Shown here: piece by piece, positions 14,384 through 26,412 of the stretch
Layout: each line of letters opens with the position of its first letter
How positions within the stretch are numbered: position 1 is the stretch's first letter
Assembly (NCBI RefSeq): GCF_009914755.1
Contig: NC_060932.1
Strand: one strand, 5' to 3'
Origin: the human T2T-CHM13v2.0 reference genome, Homo sapiens
DNA length: 64,000 nt
Made by a program: the position numbers and the translations under genes
Notes under the pieces: model-generated
Database searches by the model: none
Told to the model about the DNA's origin: nothing
Seen by the model: only the letters and a program-made list of their open reading frames with translations

Positions 14384-15504
14384 ACCTCAAGTTGGGAAAG
14401 CAACATTCAATAGGCAGTCTATTTGGCTGGAACATACAACGTCTAAAGTGTCCTGGGAAGTGATAAAGTTAGAGATGAAAGAGGACATGTTGACGCTCTG
14501 AACAGAGCACCCAAAGGGATCCAAAGAGCTGCCTTAGCAATGTAGGAGACTCACTCCTGATGCAGTGCCATCCTGCAGGGTGTCAAGAATTAGCTAGGAC
14601 ATAAATACAAGCTACCGTCCTTTGTCCCCTTATAACATATGGTAGAATCAGTCAACCTAAAATAAAATTGGCAACAGTTAAAGTGTGAGATCTTCAATTT
14701 TACCTGTGAGCATTAGACTTAGTAAAAATATGGGTCCAAAGGGGGTTAAAAACATAGAAATGAAAGAAGCCATATTTGGCAATACTAGATGTGGAAAAAA
14801 GAACTAACTGATGAATCAACTTTCATTACAAAATTTTCACAGGAAAAAAGATCTCAACAAAAGTAAGAAAATAAGAATGAAAATGGAAATATTAGAAGTG
14901 GTTTCAACGTACTCTGCAGAAAAGTGATCAGAAATTAAATTGATTTGATGCAATTCACTCCAGAAAAAAAAATATTTTTTCAGCAAAAAATGCATTGCTG
15001 TGGAATAATTAGGATGAAATTCTCCACACTAGCACTACACCATGAGAATGGAAGCACTGCCCTAAAGCAGGGATTTTGTTTTATTCATTGCTAAATCATC
15101 AGTGTCTAACCCAGTACAGGTCTCAGACTGACTTTTCCCATTTTATTTTACTGGGTTTATTCAACAGTTATTTACTGAGTCCTCACTGGGTAGCAAGTCT
15201 TCGATAATCGTCATGGATAGAGCTATGAACAAGAGCTATGAACAGCTCACTCCGCCTTTGAGCTCAAATCTGGCAGTGTCTCAGAATCCCCCAGGAAATC
15301 TTCCAAGCATGCTTTGCTGTCTAGAGAAGTCCACTAGGATTCTGAATCCACTTTATGTTCCTCTAATTCTCAACATATTAAAGCTGAAGCCACCTTTTCC
15401 AACCCAAGCATTACAATGAGCAATGTAGACCAAGGCTTCATAATTGATTTGGTCTTTTCAAAATTCTCCTTTTTTACACTTATTTACCAAAAAAAGAAAA
15501 AAAA

Positions 15505-16736
15505 AAAGCTTCAGTCTTTATTAAACAAAGGAAGTAGAAGACAGCTAAGGGAACAGGTCAGGACCGCTCCTTTCCCCTACACATATGCAGACTTACAAAC
15601 ACAGACGCCCCCGAGTGAATGTCAGGGACCACCAGGGGACAGACTGATGGGCAGAGGGAGGCAAAACCCTCCGAGAATGGGCCAGGATCCCAGGGTGGGC
15701 TGAGACCTGGGCCAGGGGCAGCCGTTCTGAGGGGTTATGCCTAAGCAGCTTGGAGATGAGGTCCTGGGGCTCTCATGGGCACAGAAGGGGGAATTTTAGG
15801 GCCACCTTGACGATTCGCCCATAGGCCTCATTGTGTGTGGGGTTCCCCACCAGCGGCTCATAGCCGAGTGCTCCGATGTACCACAAATCCACCTTCTCGG
15901 TGTGCGCGCGCCCCTCAATTGTCTCTGGGGACAGGTAGTCCAGGGTGCCACACATTTGTCTTCCTCCTCAGTGAGGGGGCGTGCACAGGGCAGCCGAAGT
16001 CGGCAACTTTCAGCTCGCCCTCAAGCCCTGAGAGTAGATTATCTGGCTTCATGTCTGGGAGTCACCTTCTTCCCGTGGCAGTACATCAGAGCATCTGCCA
16101 CCTCCCCCGTGATGGTGGCTGTTGGCTTCTTGTCAAAGGTGCGGCTCTTTCGCAGCTCCTGGTACAGCTCCTCGGGGGTAGGGGTGGCGGGGGCGTACTC
16201 TAGAATCCAGTAGATTTTTCTCAGGTCATAAAAATAGTTGTAGAGACTCAATATGTTGGGATGCTGAAAGGGGGCCTGGATTTCCATCTGCCTGCGCATC
16301 TGGTGCTCCCCACGCCCTCCTCTATCTGAGACTTGAAGGCCTTGAGGGCCACGATGAAATGGCTTGTCTTCTTTCGAGCCAAGTACACATGTACAAACTT
16401 GTCTTTGCCCAGGGGACGCCCAGTCTCAAGGTCGTCGACCAGGAAGGGCCGCGTTAAGATGCTGCGCTTCCCACAACTGTTCTCTACCACCTCATGGCCA
16501 GGGGCCGCTGCGGGCTGTGGGTCTGCGCAGCTCGGGAGCTCACGCGCAGCTTCGGTGGGGATCCTCGGGAGGACTCGCGGGAGCAGGGTACTCAGGCCGG
16601 CTGGAGCCGTCTGCTTGCCATAGGGCCAGGGATAACTGTTCTCCTTCTGGGCCATCCTTGGAGGGAAAGCAGGAGGAGAGCTGAGGCCCGAGGCACAGCC
16701 GCTCTCCCAGCCACCACAAACGACGGAAATCTGCCT
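15505..16736 (-). pseudogene. AURKBP1: Processed pseudogene of Aurora kinase B (probably the catalogued AURKBP1/AURKBPS1)
   Basis: The minus strand encodes [13 protein letters not shown] (ATG at 16655), [36 protein letters not shown] and RRKTMCGTLDY across several frames, with no introns. Frameshifts are present, the G-loop GKGKFG reads GKDKFV, the HRD motif is lost and the stop codon reads TGG (~15632). Includes AURKB-like 5' and 3' UTRs, with AATAAA at 15517-15522. The symbol is from recall. Confidence 0.93.
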
Positions 16737-18611
16737 TAAAAAACAAAACAAAACAAAAAGAACTGGCAGCATTTTCATCATTTTTTCTCACTCTGGAAGT
16801 ATTAACCACAACTGTTTATAAAATTATTCTGACGCCCGACTTAGTAAAAAGCTTGAAAAATGACTTTACAACAGCTAAATTAGAATTCAAGAGTTCAAGC
16901 ACAGCTCCAGTAAGAATGTACGTAAGCACGCCACACATTCAGAAATCATGATCCTAACTATAATTGTGTATTTTGTCATTTAAAAGCAATTGTATTATTT
17001 TTCATAATTAAAATCAAGGCAGGTGGAGCTACAACTAGGAAAAAAATAAAATAAAATGAACGCAATCCTCTTTCATCATCTCATATATTTCTCAAAAATG
17101 TTCTTTTCTTCTTGTCTACTGAAATATAGTTTCTGGGCCCAAGAAATAAGAGGTTTCTCTTCACACCCTTGGGGATAATTCTGAGACGAAACCTGTCCAG
17201 GGACCATTGCTGACCAGTGCTGATTCACATGACTGTGTCACGAAAATAGAAGATGTCATTGGGTTTGGGTTCCTCTTGGAACACCAAAATAAACACAGAT
17301 TGAAATTCTCCCAAAACTACTCCCCAACCATTTTAGCACAGAGAAAGGCTGTTCTCCATGTGGACATGTTGAACATATTCTGATTGTTCAAGCCAGGATC
17401 TCAAAGGATTTGGCAGGTGGAGACAGCAGAGCAGGTTATGACACCAGCTTTGTCTTCCCACGTGTGGATCACCATTCTTTTCCTCGCTCTCTCCCAGCCC
17501 TTTGCCCCCATTTCCACTGTTTCCCCAAATCCCAGATCATCCATTTAACATGCATTCACTGAGCACCTACATCAGTAAGAATGTTTGTCACTGAAGGGAA
17601 AATACACTTATTCATCTTCTGTTCCCCTTATCCAGGGCATCTGCTGTTTTATGTGTGAGGAGTTAGGGGAGTGTAGGCATGACACAGAGTCTAGCGGGGA
17701 CCTGTGAGCTTATCCATCATTGTGCATCAGGAGAGTGCTAAAAGGCCACAAGAAAAGTAAAGCAACTGAACAAACTGTCCCTTCTCTATTCTTCATAAGT
17801 TGCCACATCACAGTGCTTTGAGGTGCCAGATCATGCCTTTTATTAATTTCGTCAACAAGACTCAATCCCTTCAGAGCAAGAGCTAAATCCCACCCCAGTT
17901 GTGACACAATAGAATTCTCAGAAGCTAAAACTTCTTAGGGAAAGAGCAATAAATCAGGATGCAGAACCTCCTCCCTGAATCTTCTCCAGCAAAATTTATA
18001 TTTTTCAGGCGAATAGGATCAAGCAGCAAAAAATAAGTGCACTCAGGTTTCTCTGTGATGTGATTACTACCCTGTGGGAGGGAGAGGATGGTAGATGGAG
18101 AGAAAATTTGACCCTACCTTGGATTTTTTTTCAAGTTGGCATTTTGGCAGTCTATCTACAAGTGCTTTCAGAATGCCAAGTCCACCGTAGAGCCCAGCCA
18201 GAAACAGAGACCTCAGGTGCCTTGTGATAAGCCACTGTTTCACTTGCTCTGCTTTTCTAAGGTGTCAGGTGAACAGAGCCTTGTGCTGCAACCTTAGAAC
18301 TGGGCGCACAGTGGCTTCGAGGCAACCAAACACCCCCACCACCACGGTGCTGCACTGCCAGGCTGGGAGAGGAGGAAGCCCAGCTTTCTTCTTTTTAAAG
18401 AAAGATCTTGCTACTTTGCCCCTGTTTTTAACCTTCCCTTTTCTGCCATATACTCTACTCAGGCTTATCAGTCAGTGAGCCAAAGTGGACCAGCTCCTGC
18501 CACAACTTTGCTGTTGCCACAACAGGCTGTTTTACCCTCAGGGCTTTTCAAGGGTGGAGAGCACCTGGCTTCTCCATCATCCATTCTTCCTTTACGCTTT
18601 GCAGAATGTCA

Positions 18612-18812
18612 GGAGCACTGCCTTGGGAGACCAACAAACCAGGCTTGGACTTCCGCTGTGCATTCTTGGATAACATGCTTAACATCTCCGAACCTCAGTT
18701 TCCTCATCTGTAAAATGAGGATCGTTATATCTGCCCTTTGGTGCCTTGTTAGGGATTAATAAGAGAATACATAAAACACTTACAATAAGGTCTAACATGC
18801 ACCAAGCACTTG
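18612..18812 (+). mobile_element. MIR
   Basis: Core cttaacatctccgaacctcagtttcctcatctgtaaaatgagg. Confidence 0.8.
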
Positions 18813-19159
18813 CATAGCAGGTATCAAATGCAGGTATGTGCATAGCAGGTATGCAAAAACACAGATTTTATTTTACCAGGAAGGTGCCTTAAATGCCATT
18901 ACTTCTTTTGATAATTCCCTCTTGTTCATTTGAGCCTCTTACTGAACCATCAGGATTCAACCCAAGTCTCTTTGACCCCAGAAAAATTTTTCCCAACTTT
19001 GTAAAGTTCAGTGTGTCTTGGTCCATGTTCTCAAAGCAAATTGTTTGAGCATCTTCACTGCAGCAATTCCTGGAATGTTGAATGTAGTCATCTCCTTGTC
19101 TGTCAGTCCCTTCCTGCCATACCCTCAACACTTGGAAGGTAAAGGAGAGATTGTTTGGT

Positions 19160-19345
19160 GTGAGGGTTTAGGTACAGAATTCTGAAGCCAGACTGCCTGG
19201 GACCACATCCCATCCTTCTTTTGCCAGTTAACTGTGTGCCTCAGCATTCTCCCTCAAACCAGGAGTGAGAATAACAGTACCTACCTCCCAAAGTTAACTT
19301 AGAAGTGTGCCCAGCACATAGTAGTCACCATAGAAGTGTTAGCTT
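19160..19345 (+). mobile_element. MIR (degraded)
   Basis: tctgaagccagactgcctggg...aataacagtacctacctc...cccagcacatagtag. Confidence 0.65.
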
Positions 19346-19514
19346 TTATTTATTTATTTAACTCTTCTTTGAGTCTTCAGGTTCTGGGAGATACCAGGTG
19401 TTTGATACAGAGGGGTTGGAGAAACCAGGGAACCACTGCAAATTACAAGGAGAATGAGTTTGGCATTTCATTCAGGGCAACACATCATGTAATGGTTCAA
19501 AAGTAATGAAACTG

Positions 19515-20040
19515 GTATCCAAAAGATTTGAAAACAGGATCTCAAAGAGATACTTGCACACCCATGTTCATTGCAACATTGTTCACAATATCCACAATGT
19601 ATCCATCCAAAGATAAATGGGTACACAAAATATGGTATATACATATAATGGGACATTATTCAGCTTTAAGAAAGAAGGAAATCCTGTAATTTGCTACAGC
19701 ATTATGAACCTTGACGACATTGTGCTAAGCCAATCACAAAATGACAAATACTGCTTGATTCCGCTCATATGAGGTTGCTAAAGTAATCAAACTCATACAA
19801 ACAGTGAGTAGAATGGTGGTTTCCAGGGGCTGGGGGTAGGGGAAAAGAGAAAATTGTTATTCAATGGGCAAGAGTTGTGTCATGCAAGGGGAAAAAGTTC
19901 TTGAGCTCTGCTGTATCACAATGGGCATATACTTAACAATTCCGTAATATACACATAAAAACTGTTAAGTAAGTAAATCTATGGTATGTGTTTTTAACCA
20001 CAATTTAAAATTTTTTTAATTTAAAAATTTAAAGCCAAAA
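19515..20040 (+). mobile_element. Old L1 3' end (L1MA/L1MB-type)
   Basis: cacacccatgttcattgcaacattgttcacaata...gtagaatggtggtttccaggggctggggg...ttttaaccacaattt. Confidence 0.8.
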
Positions 20041-20339
20041 ATAACTACATCAGGTGTGTCAAGCTCAACACCATAAACTTATTTCTGTTCACTCCCACCT
20101 CAGGTGACTGCTGGTCTGCATGAGACAGTCAGTTCTTAGTAAAAACTAAAAGTGGGTCATGGTTCTTTTTTTTATGACATATACCTATGTCTCTATGTCT
20201 GCGCCAATGTGTTTATTTTTACTGAACACACATTGACATCATTTGAAAGTCCTGAGGCAATTAGGGAAAAACTATATGGAATGAATGTTACCTGACATTT
20301 TAATGCTTTACTTTCTCTCTACCCAAGGAGTAGTTTGCT

Positions 20340-20560
20340 TTCCAAACAAGTCTTCTACTAGATAGCCTGTTTTATATTTCTTCATAGTACTTATTTCACT
20401 GGCACTATACAATATAGTGGGCTATTGATCTACTGCATGATAGTATAATTTAATTCCATGAGAGCACAAATTTGTTTTTTTTACTACTATATCCTCAGCA
20501 CGTGGAAGAGTTTCCAGCACATAGTAGGTGCTCAATTAACACTTGTTGAATTAATGAATA
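20340..20560 (+). mobile_element. L2 3' end
   Basis: cagcacatagtaggtgctcaattaacacttgttgaattaatgaat. Confidence 0.65.
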
Positions 20561-22149
20561 ATTCCTCTGATAGTGGGAAGGACAAGAAAAAAAACAGATT
20601 GTCCCAAGCTTAGCCATCAAAGTAAATGTGCTTACATTGAATAGAAATTGTCTTTGGAAGGATAGAATTCTTTGATCTTTTTGCTTGCATTATTTTATGC
20701 CTTTGAGTCAGAGGATGAAAGCCTTAGTGCCGCTCTGCAACCCAGCAAATATGAACGTAGTTATGATTCTTTAACTAGATGTGTCTAGAGCACAGTGAAC
20801 TTTATAGACTTCTTAACCACCAGATAATTCCAGGAATTGAATTTAGTGACAAAAATTCTTTAGATGTAGGAAGAGATAGTGAATCACTCAGGTGGGACCA
20901 AGAAGACAAGTATAATTATATCCTGAGCCATTTTAATACACTCCCAGATAACATTGCTTGAAACTCTTTAGGAGCAAAAAGAGGGAGGTATCGGAAACAC
21001 ACAGACTTAGAGTATTACCCAGGCATTCATTTAATCAGCCTTCAAACTTGAGTCCTCACCCAGAGTTAAAGCTTTTCCTCTTTATTTCTTTTTGAAGCTA
21101 GCAAAATTTTCTACCAAAGATGTCTGCCAGCTTTTTATGGCTTAGGATCCTCAATTGCAGAGTCATTCTTTAGGTACCTGATGCCTTCTTCACATGCTTT
21201 TTAAGAGGATAAACCACATTTTTCTTATTCTGACCAGAGAAGATCCTGTGTCTATAATCGTCAAAGAGGTACTGCTCAAACCAAAGCTTCAATTCCTTTG
21301 AGTCAGCATTCAGTTTGTAGCATCTATGTCATTCCTTCTGTTGGCCCACAGAAGATTATTTTTATATCTTCATTTGGGTTTTCTTATGGAATCTTGAGTC
21401 AGAACTCTCTCCAGAATGATCGTTGGGGAAGCTACCATAGCTTCAGAGGGAGAAGGTACAAGCAACATTTTCTCTCTCTCTTTTTTTTTCTTTGAAATAA
21501 TCCCAGAGAAGAAGTTTGAGGGAAACTTGGTTGGATTTATAATCCTCCTGCATCAGAAAACAGCAACAAAAACTTCCGGTAGCTGACTTCACACAGCAGT
21601 TTCAAAACCAGAAACCAAAATAAACTGCCAATAGGAGCATCGATGGCAAGATTTCTTGCATTTTTCCTGTTGTGTAACCTAGCCTCCATTTCACCTTCCC
21701 TCCCAGAGATCATTCAATGTGGAGGGATCAGTTCTCCTTTCCTGCCCCAAGCAAGTGGCCAATGAATGTATCTGCAGTTTATAAGATTCCTCAGTCAGAT
21801 TGGATGTGACAGAACAAGACTTTGGCAGGATCTGGGGTGTCTGGGTGACAAGGATCTGAGACTGTGATTTCTCTGCCACCTTTACTCCTGATTAGGGAGG
21901 GTGGCTCAAAGAGAGCACAGAGTTCAGGGAACGTATATGTAAAAAAGTGAGCACTTGGTTACAAGTAAAATCTAGGTTAGAAGTGAAATTGTTTGCAGCA
22001 TTCAAGAGTGAGTGGAGTCAAGAAAGGTCAGCAGGTTGCTGCCAACAGATATGAGCGAAAAAGGAATGATTTAGTATTAGCAGTGGCAGTGGGACCCACT
22101 GAATAGTAGTATGCATGTGACTTTAACGTTTATAATAACAAGAGTAGAA

Positions 22150-22370
22150 TAAAAATAGCTACCATTGACCAAGCACCTGCCATGCCCCGCTGTGGCAAGT
22201 TTTCCCCATCTATTAACTCAGGCACAATACCATGTATTCAATCCTTTTAACTCCATCTCTCAGATGAGGGCCTCAAGAAGCAGGAAGGTTAATAGATTGA
22301 GCATGGTCATTTAGTTGCAAAAAAAAGAAGAGCTGGAATTTCAACTAAGGTCTATCTGACTCCAACTTAG
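22150..22370 (-). mobile_element. MIR
   Basis: ctcagatgagggcctcaag...gagctggaatttcaactaaggtctatctgactcca. Confidence 0.6.
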
Positions 22371-23214
22371 CCATCCCTGCCTCCTGTGCAAGGCTGCTGT
22401 AATGGGAGCTTTGGAATGGCCTCTGGATGGAGGGTTCAAGCTTTGACTTGTGTCCTCCTTCCAAGCTATTTGCCAGTCATGCTATTGCATAAGGGGAAAG
22501 GAAGGGAAAGTGGGGAGGTGATTCCTACTTTATTCCTCTCTTGGGAGTGGCTTCGCTCTATTCCTAGAAATGGGGCAAATGGATCTTTTCTATGGGTTGA
22601 TGAATAGCAAAGAGAAGCCCATAGACGGGCATCTTGCCACACCCTCCACCACCATATATCTACCCCAGGGCCCCTGGATCCACAGGGTACCCACCTAGAC
22701 CTGATCTTGATTGCTTTATTTTCCTGTCAGAAAACTCAACTCGTTAGTAATTCCTCTGTTTCTAATAACGCTTCATCCAGGCTTAGCATTTGATGACTCT
22801 TCACACGCCTCCCCGTGAGTATGGCTTCCTTCAGCTGCCAGCGTGGAGAGAAGCTACAGGGACACCAGGAAGCCCCAGGGCCACGGCTTCCTTGGCAGAA
22901 TCTCCAAAGAACACAAATATTCCCATTTTTCTTTTTGGCAGAAGTGGTGGATAAGTGCATTAACAAAAACAGGAATATGATGAAGGGAGGCTGAGAAGAA
23001 AGGGGTGAAGAGGAGAAACTCCTGATCAAATAAGAAGTCCACAGGGAGCTCATCCCCTGTGCTGCTGGGTGGTCTAGATTGTGTGTTTTAGACTCATGCA
23101 GATGAGAGTCTTATCTCCTGTGTTCTCAGCAGTTACTACCACATTGTCAGAGCTCCACACATTTTGGTTTTCCGTGGTGGTGACAAAAACACTTCTCTTC
23201 CCCACAGCTAACTA

Positions 23215-23635
23215 TAAAAATAATAATGATGCCTGTGATGATAGCTATCATGTATATGACCCTGTGCACAACACTTTACAGGATGGTGATGATAATTCAC
23301 ACTTTTATAGTTTACCATGTACCAGCAATGTTCTAAGTGATCAACAGACAGACAGGTTAACTTATATGTCAATATATGAATTAACATATTAATCCTTACT
23401 GCAAAACTATGAAGTTGGTACTATTATCCTATTTTACAGAATAGAAACTGAAGAACAAAGAGTTAAGTGACTTGCCCAAGGTCATGAATATGAAAAGTGG
23501 CTATTTATCCCCCAGGAAACTAAGGTTCAGAGGGGCTAAGTCAACTGCTCAAGGTCACATAGTGAGAAAGTGGTAAAACTGAGTCTCAAACAAAATCTGC
23601 AGGAATCCAAAGTAAATACTATTAACTGCTAGGCT
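23215..23635 (-). mobile_element. Tandem MIR fragments
   Basis: ctattttacagaatagaaactgaag...gttaagtgacttgcccaaggtca, and a second core ggaaactaaggttcagaggggctaagtcaactgctcaaggtcaca. Confidence 0.7.
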
Positions 23636-24406
23636 AGATTAACTCTCTCTATACACACAACTACATACACACATATATATGTAGATACACATATGCACAT
23701 ACATCCTAGAAAACTAGAAGTTTTTACCCCAAAATTTGGGACTCCTGGATTCTAAGACAGTATTTTTTATTGCCTCCAAAAATTGTACATCTTGGTATAC
23801 ATAGAAAAGCATTACATTTGAAGGTGACTTGGGCTACATAGAAAAGGCACCTCGAGGCTCTTTTTGACCCTGACCTGTGAGCTGAAAGATCAGTATTTTG
23901 GCACACCTGAAATCCACTTTGTTCAGAAAGTTCTGGCTTAGAGAAATGTTCCAGGCATGAAAGCAAGAAGTGAGTTGAGAACCTACCCCATCATCCCCTT
24001 CTCACCTCTCCCATTTCTCTGCTCTTTCACTTGCTCTGCATTTCACTGTACCCAGGAATAAGAAGAAATATATTGAATAAAGTCAGTTTCACTAAAAACA
24101 AACAAATATGCTCTGCCACCTGAAAGATTCCCATTTCAAGTCTCCTTCTCCTTTCTTATTCCTCCAGGAAAGCAGAATGATAGTAATTAAAATGGAAGCA
24201 TGAAGAGGCCCTGGGCATATCGCAAACACCATTTGCCTAAAAGACTTCCAAGCTGCAGAACCCACTTTTTTCCCCCGTGAATGAGCAGCAACTACTGTCC
24301 TGCCATGCCGTCATCAAAACCTGCCTGCTGGATGAGCAGCGCAGGCGTGTGAAGGCGCTGGGTTTCCCTCTGAGCCAAAGCAGCGGGAGCTGCCCCGACT
24401 TGGGGC

Positions 24407-24433
24407 TTTTTTTTTTTTTTTTTTTTTTTTTTT
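24407..24433. repeat. T27 mononucleotide run
   Basis: Direct count. Confidence 0.95.
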
Positions 24434-26264
24434 GCCAGAAAGAATAAACATTAACACACATATCACTGGGGGCAGGCGTGCCCTGGCAGAAGGGCACATT
24501 GTGTGACTGGCAGCCTGCCCTCTCTGGCTTTCAGTTTTATATTTCTCAATTTCTAATTGACTTGCAGCAGCACTGGGAGGAGTTTTGCTTCATTTCTGTA
24601 TTACATAAGATTGGACGGCCTGAGGGCATATGGGCTGTGGAGTTCTCTGGAGCCCAGGCTTGGAGTGAGTAGAGCTATTCCCAAAGCTGCCTTTATGCAT
24701 GAGGAGGGGAGAAAAGAGGACAGCAACTGTAAGCTTTCTCCTCTTCTCTGCCATTTTCCCTCAGAGGCCATGCAGTGAAAGATGCTCCATAGACCCTGTT
24801 CCTCCTAATGCCAGATGCAAAGCACATGTGTTGTCAAACTAGGATTAGTTTGTTATTTCTCCTTTAAGTAGGTTAAGCTTTTTAAAGCAGGGGTAATTAA
24901 GATTATGACTAGACAATGAATGAAAGAAATCATGCAGCTTAATGAGGGTACTGTAGTTACCCTAGAATGGAAAGGATAACAAGCTTGCTTTTATTGGTAT
25001 GAGAAAAGGAAAAGGAAAAAAGAGATGGCGATAAAAGATACATATATATATATATAAGGCTTCATCCACACTAACACATGGTAGAATTAGGAGCACACCT
25101 GACCATTAATATAACCCACTGCTCACTTTGGGAACTGTTTTTATAAGAAAAAAGGGTTTTCTCTGCACATATTCCCACTGCTTATTGGTTCCTTAACTTT
25201 TCTGTGGTTACTAATTTCAAAATATTAAAAACACATTCTAACCCTGAAAGATAAAGGTGGTCATGATGTCAGCACACATCTTTTCTGATCATAGGCTCTA
25301 GGTATCTCCCAAAAACAGCATAGTGGAAAACAGAAAGGCATGGGAGAAGAAACAAGAGCAGCCAGAAAGGCTGTGCAAATCCTTTCTCAGTTGATTATAT
25401 TTGTAAACTCTTCTTCTACTCTGTCTTCTGCTCCCAGTGCACATTGCTGGTACTTTCAGCAGCTCTCACTGTCTCTCTCCTGAATAAATCAAGAGACTCT
25501 TGACCAGTCTCTTGCTTCTAATTGCTCCTTCCTCCGCTCCGTTATTCACACAGCTGCCAGATTCATAGCTCTAAAAGGCCAGCTTGTTCATGCCTTTCCT
25601 CTCTTTCAATTATTTCCTAAAGGCACAAAAAATCCACTTGGGGAAGGATCTCCTGTAATATCTACATGTTTTGAAGACAAAAATATTCAAATCAGCATTG
25701 TTTATTCACTATAACATATTTAATGTCTATCATTAGTTAACTGGTTAAATAAGACATGGTTCAACTACATAATTTGAAAACATGGAGCTGTCAAAAAGAA
25801 TAAGATAGATCTAAATGTGCTGATACGGACCAACCTCAAGATACAAAGCAAGATTTGTATAGTATCCTCCTTTGCATGCAACAAAGGATAAATAAAGAAG
25901 ATGCTTATACCTACACTATTTCCGCAAAGATACATAAGTAGTTAATGATGGTGGGTGTTTCCTGGGAGGGAAGCTATGGAACTGAATATCTGGCATGGCT
26001 TTTTTATTGTATGCTCTTTGTAGATTTTAAAATCACACATAGGTGCTACTTTCGTAATAAGAAACACTAATTTAAAAAACAAAAACAAAGCCTTCCATGT
26101 AATAAAAGCACTTACCACCTGGCTAAGTGATGAGGGCACTTCATCACCTGGATCCAACCTACCTTTGATGCCTCCGATGTTGACTCGAGGTCACATCATG
26201 CCATTTGCCATTGCCTGACCTGCTCATGCTACCCAAGAGTATTCCACACATGTGCACGCAGCTG

Positions 26265-26412
26265 GGTTTCTTCATCTATGTACTGAGGATTATAACAGCA
26301 CCCATTACACAGAGTTTTTTAGAGCGAGAATTAAATGAGATAAAACATAACAGGTGCTTATAACAATGCCTAGCAAATAAGTTCTCAATAAATGTCAGTT
26401 GCTATTATTATT
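26265..26412 (+). mobile_element. MIR
   Basis: gtttcttcatctatgtactgaggattataacagcac...aattaaatgagataa...ctcaataaatgtcagttgctattatt. Confidence 0.7.

Noticed and set aside
15489-15507. A run as the retrocopy poly(A) tail
   Set aside because: Wrong strand: it is a T run on the pseudogene sense strand.
15632-16655. Functional Aurora kinase gene
   Set aside because: Multiple frameshifts, a mutated G-loop, no HRD motif and no introns.
15833-16739. Several plus-strand ORFs over the pseudogene
   Set aside because: Antisense shadows of GC-rich former coding sequence, with no independent support.
24460-24500. CTCF motif
   Set aside because: Only a partial match with wrong spacing against the CCASYAGRKGGC core.
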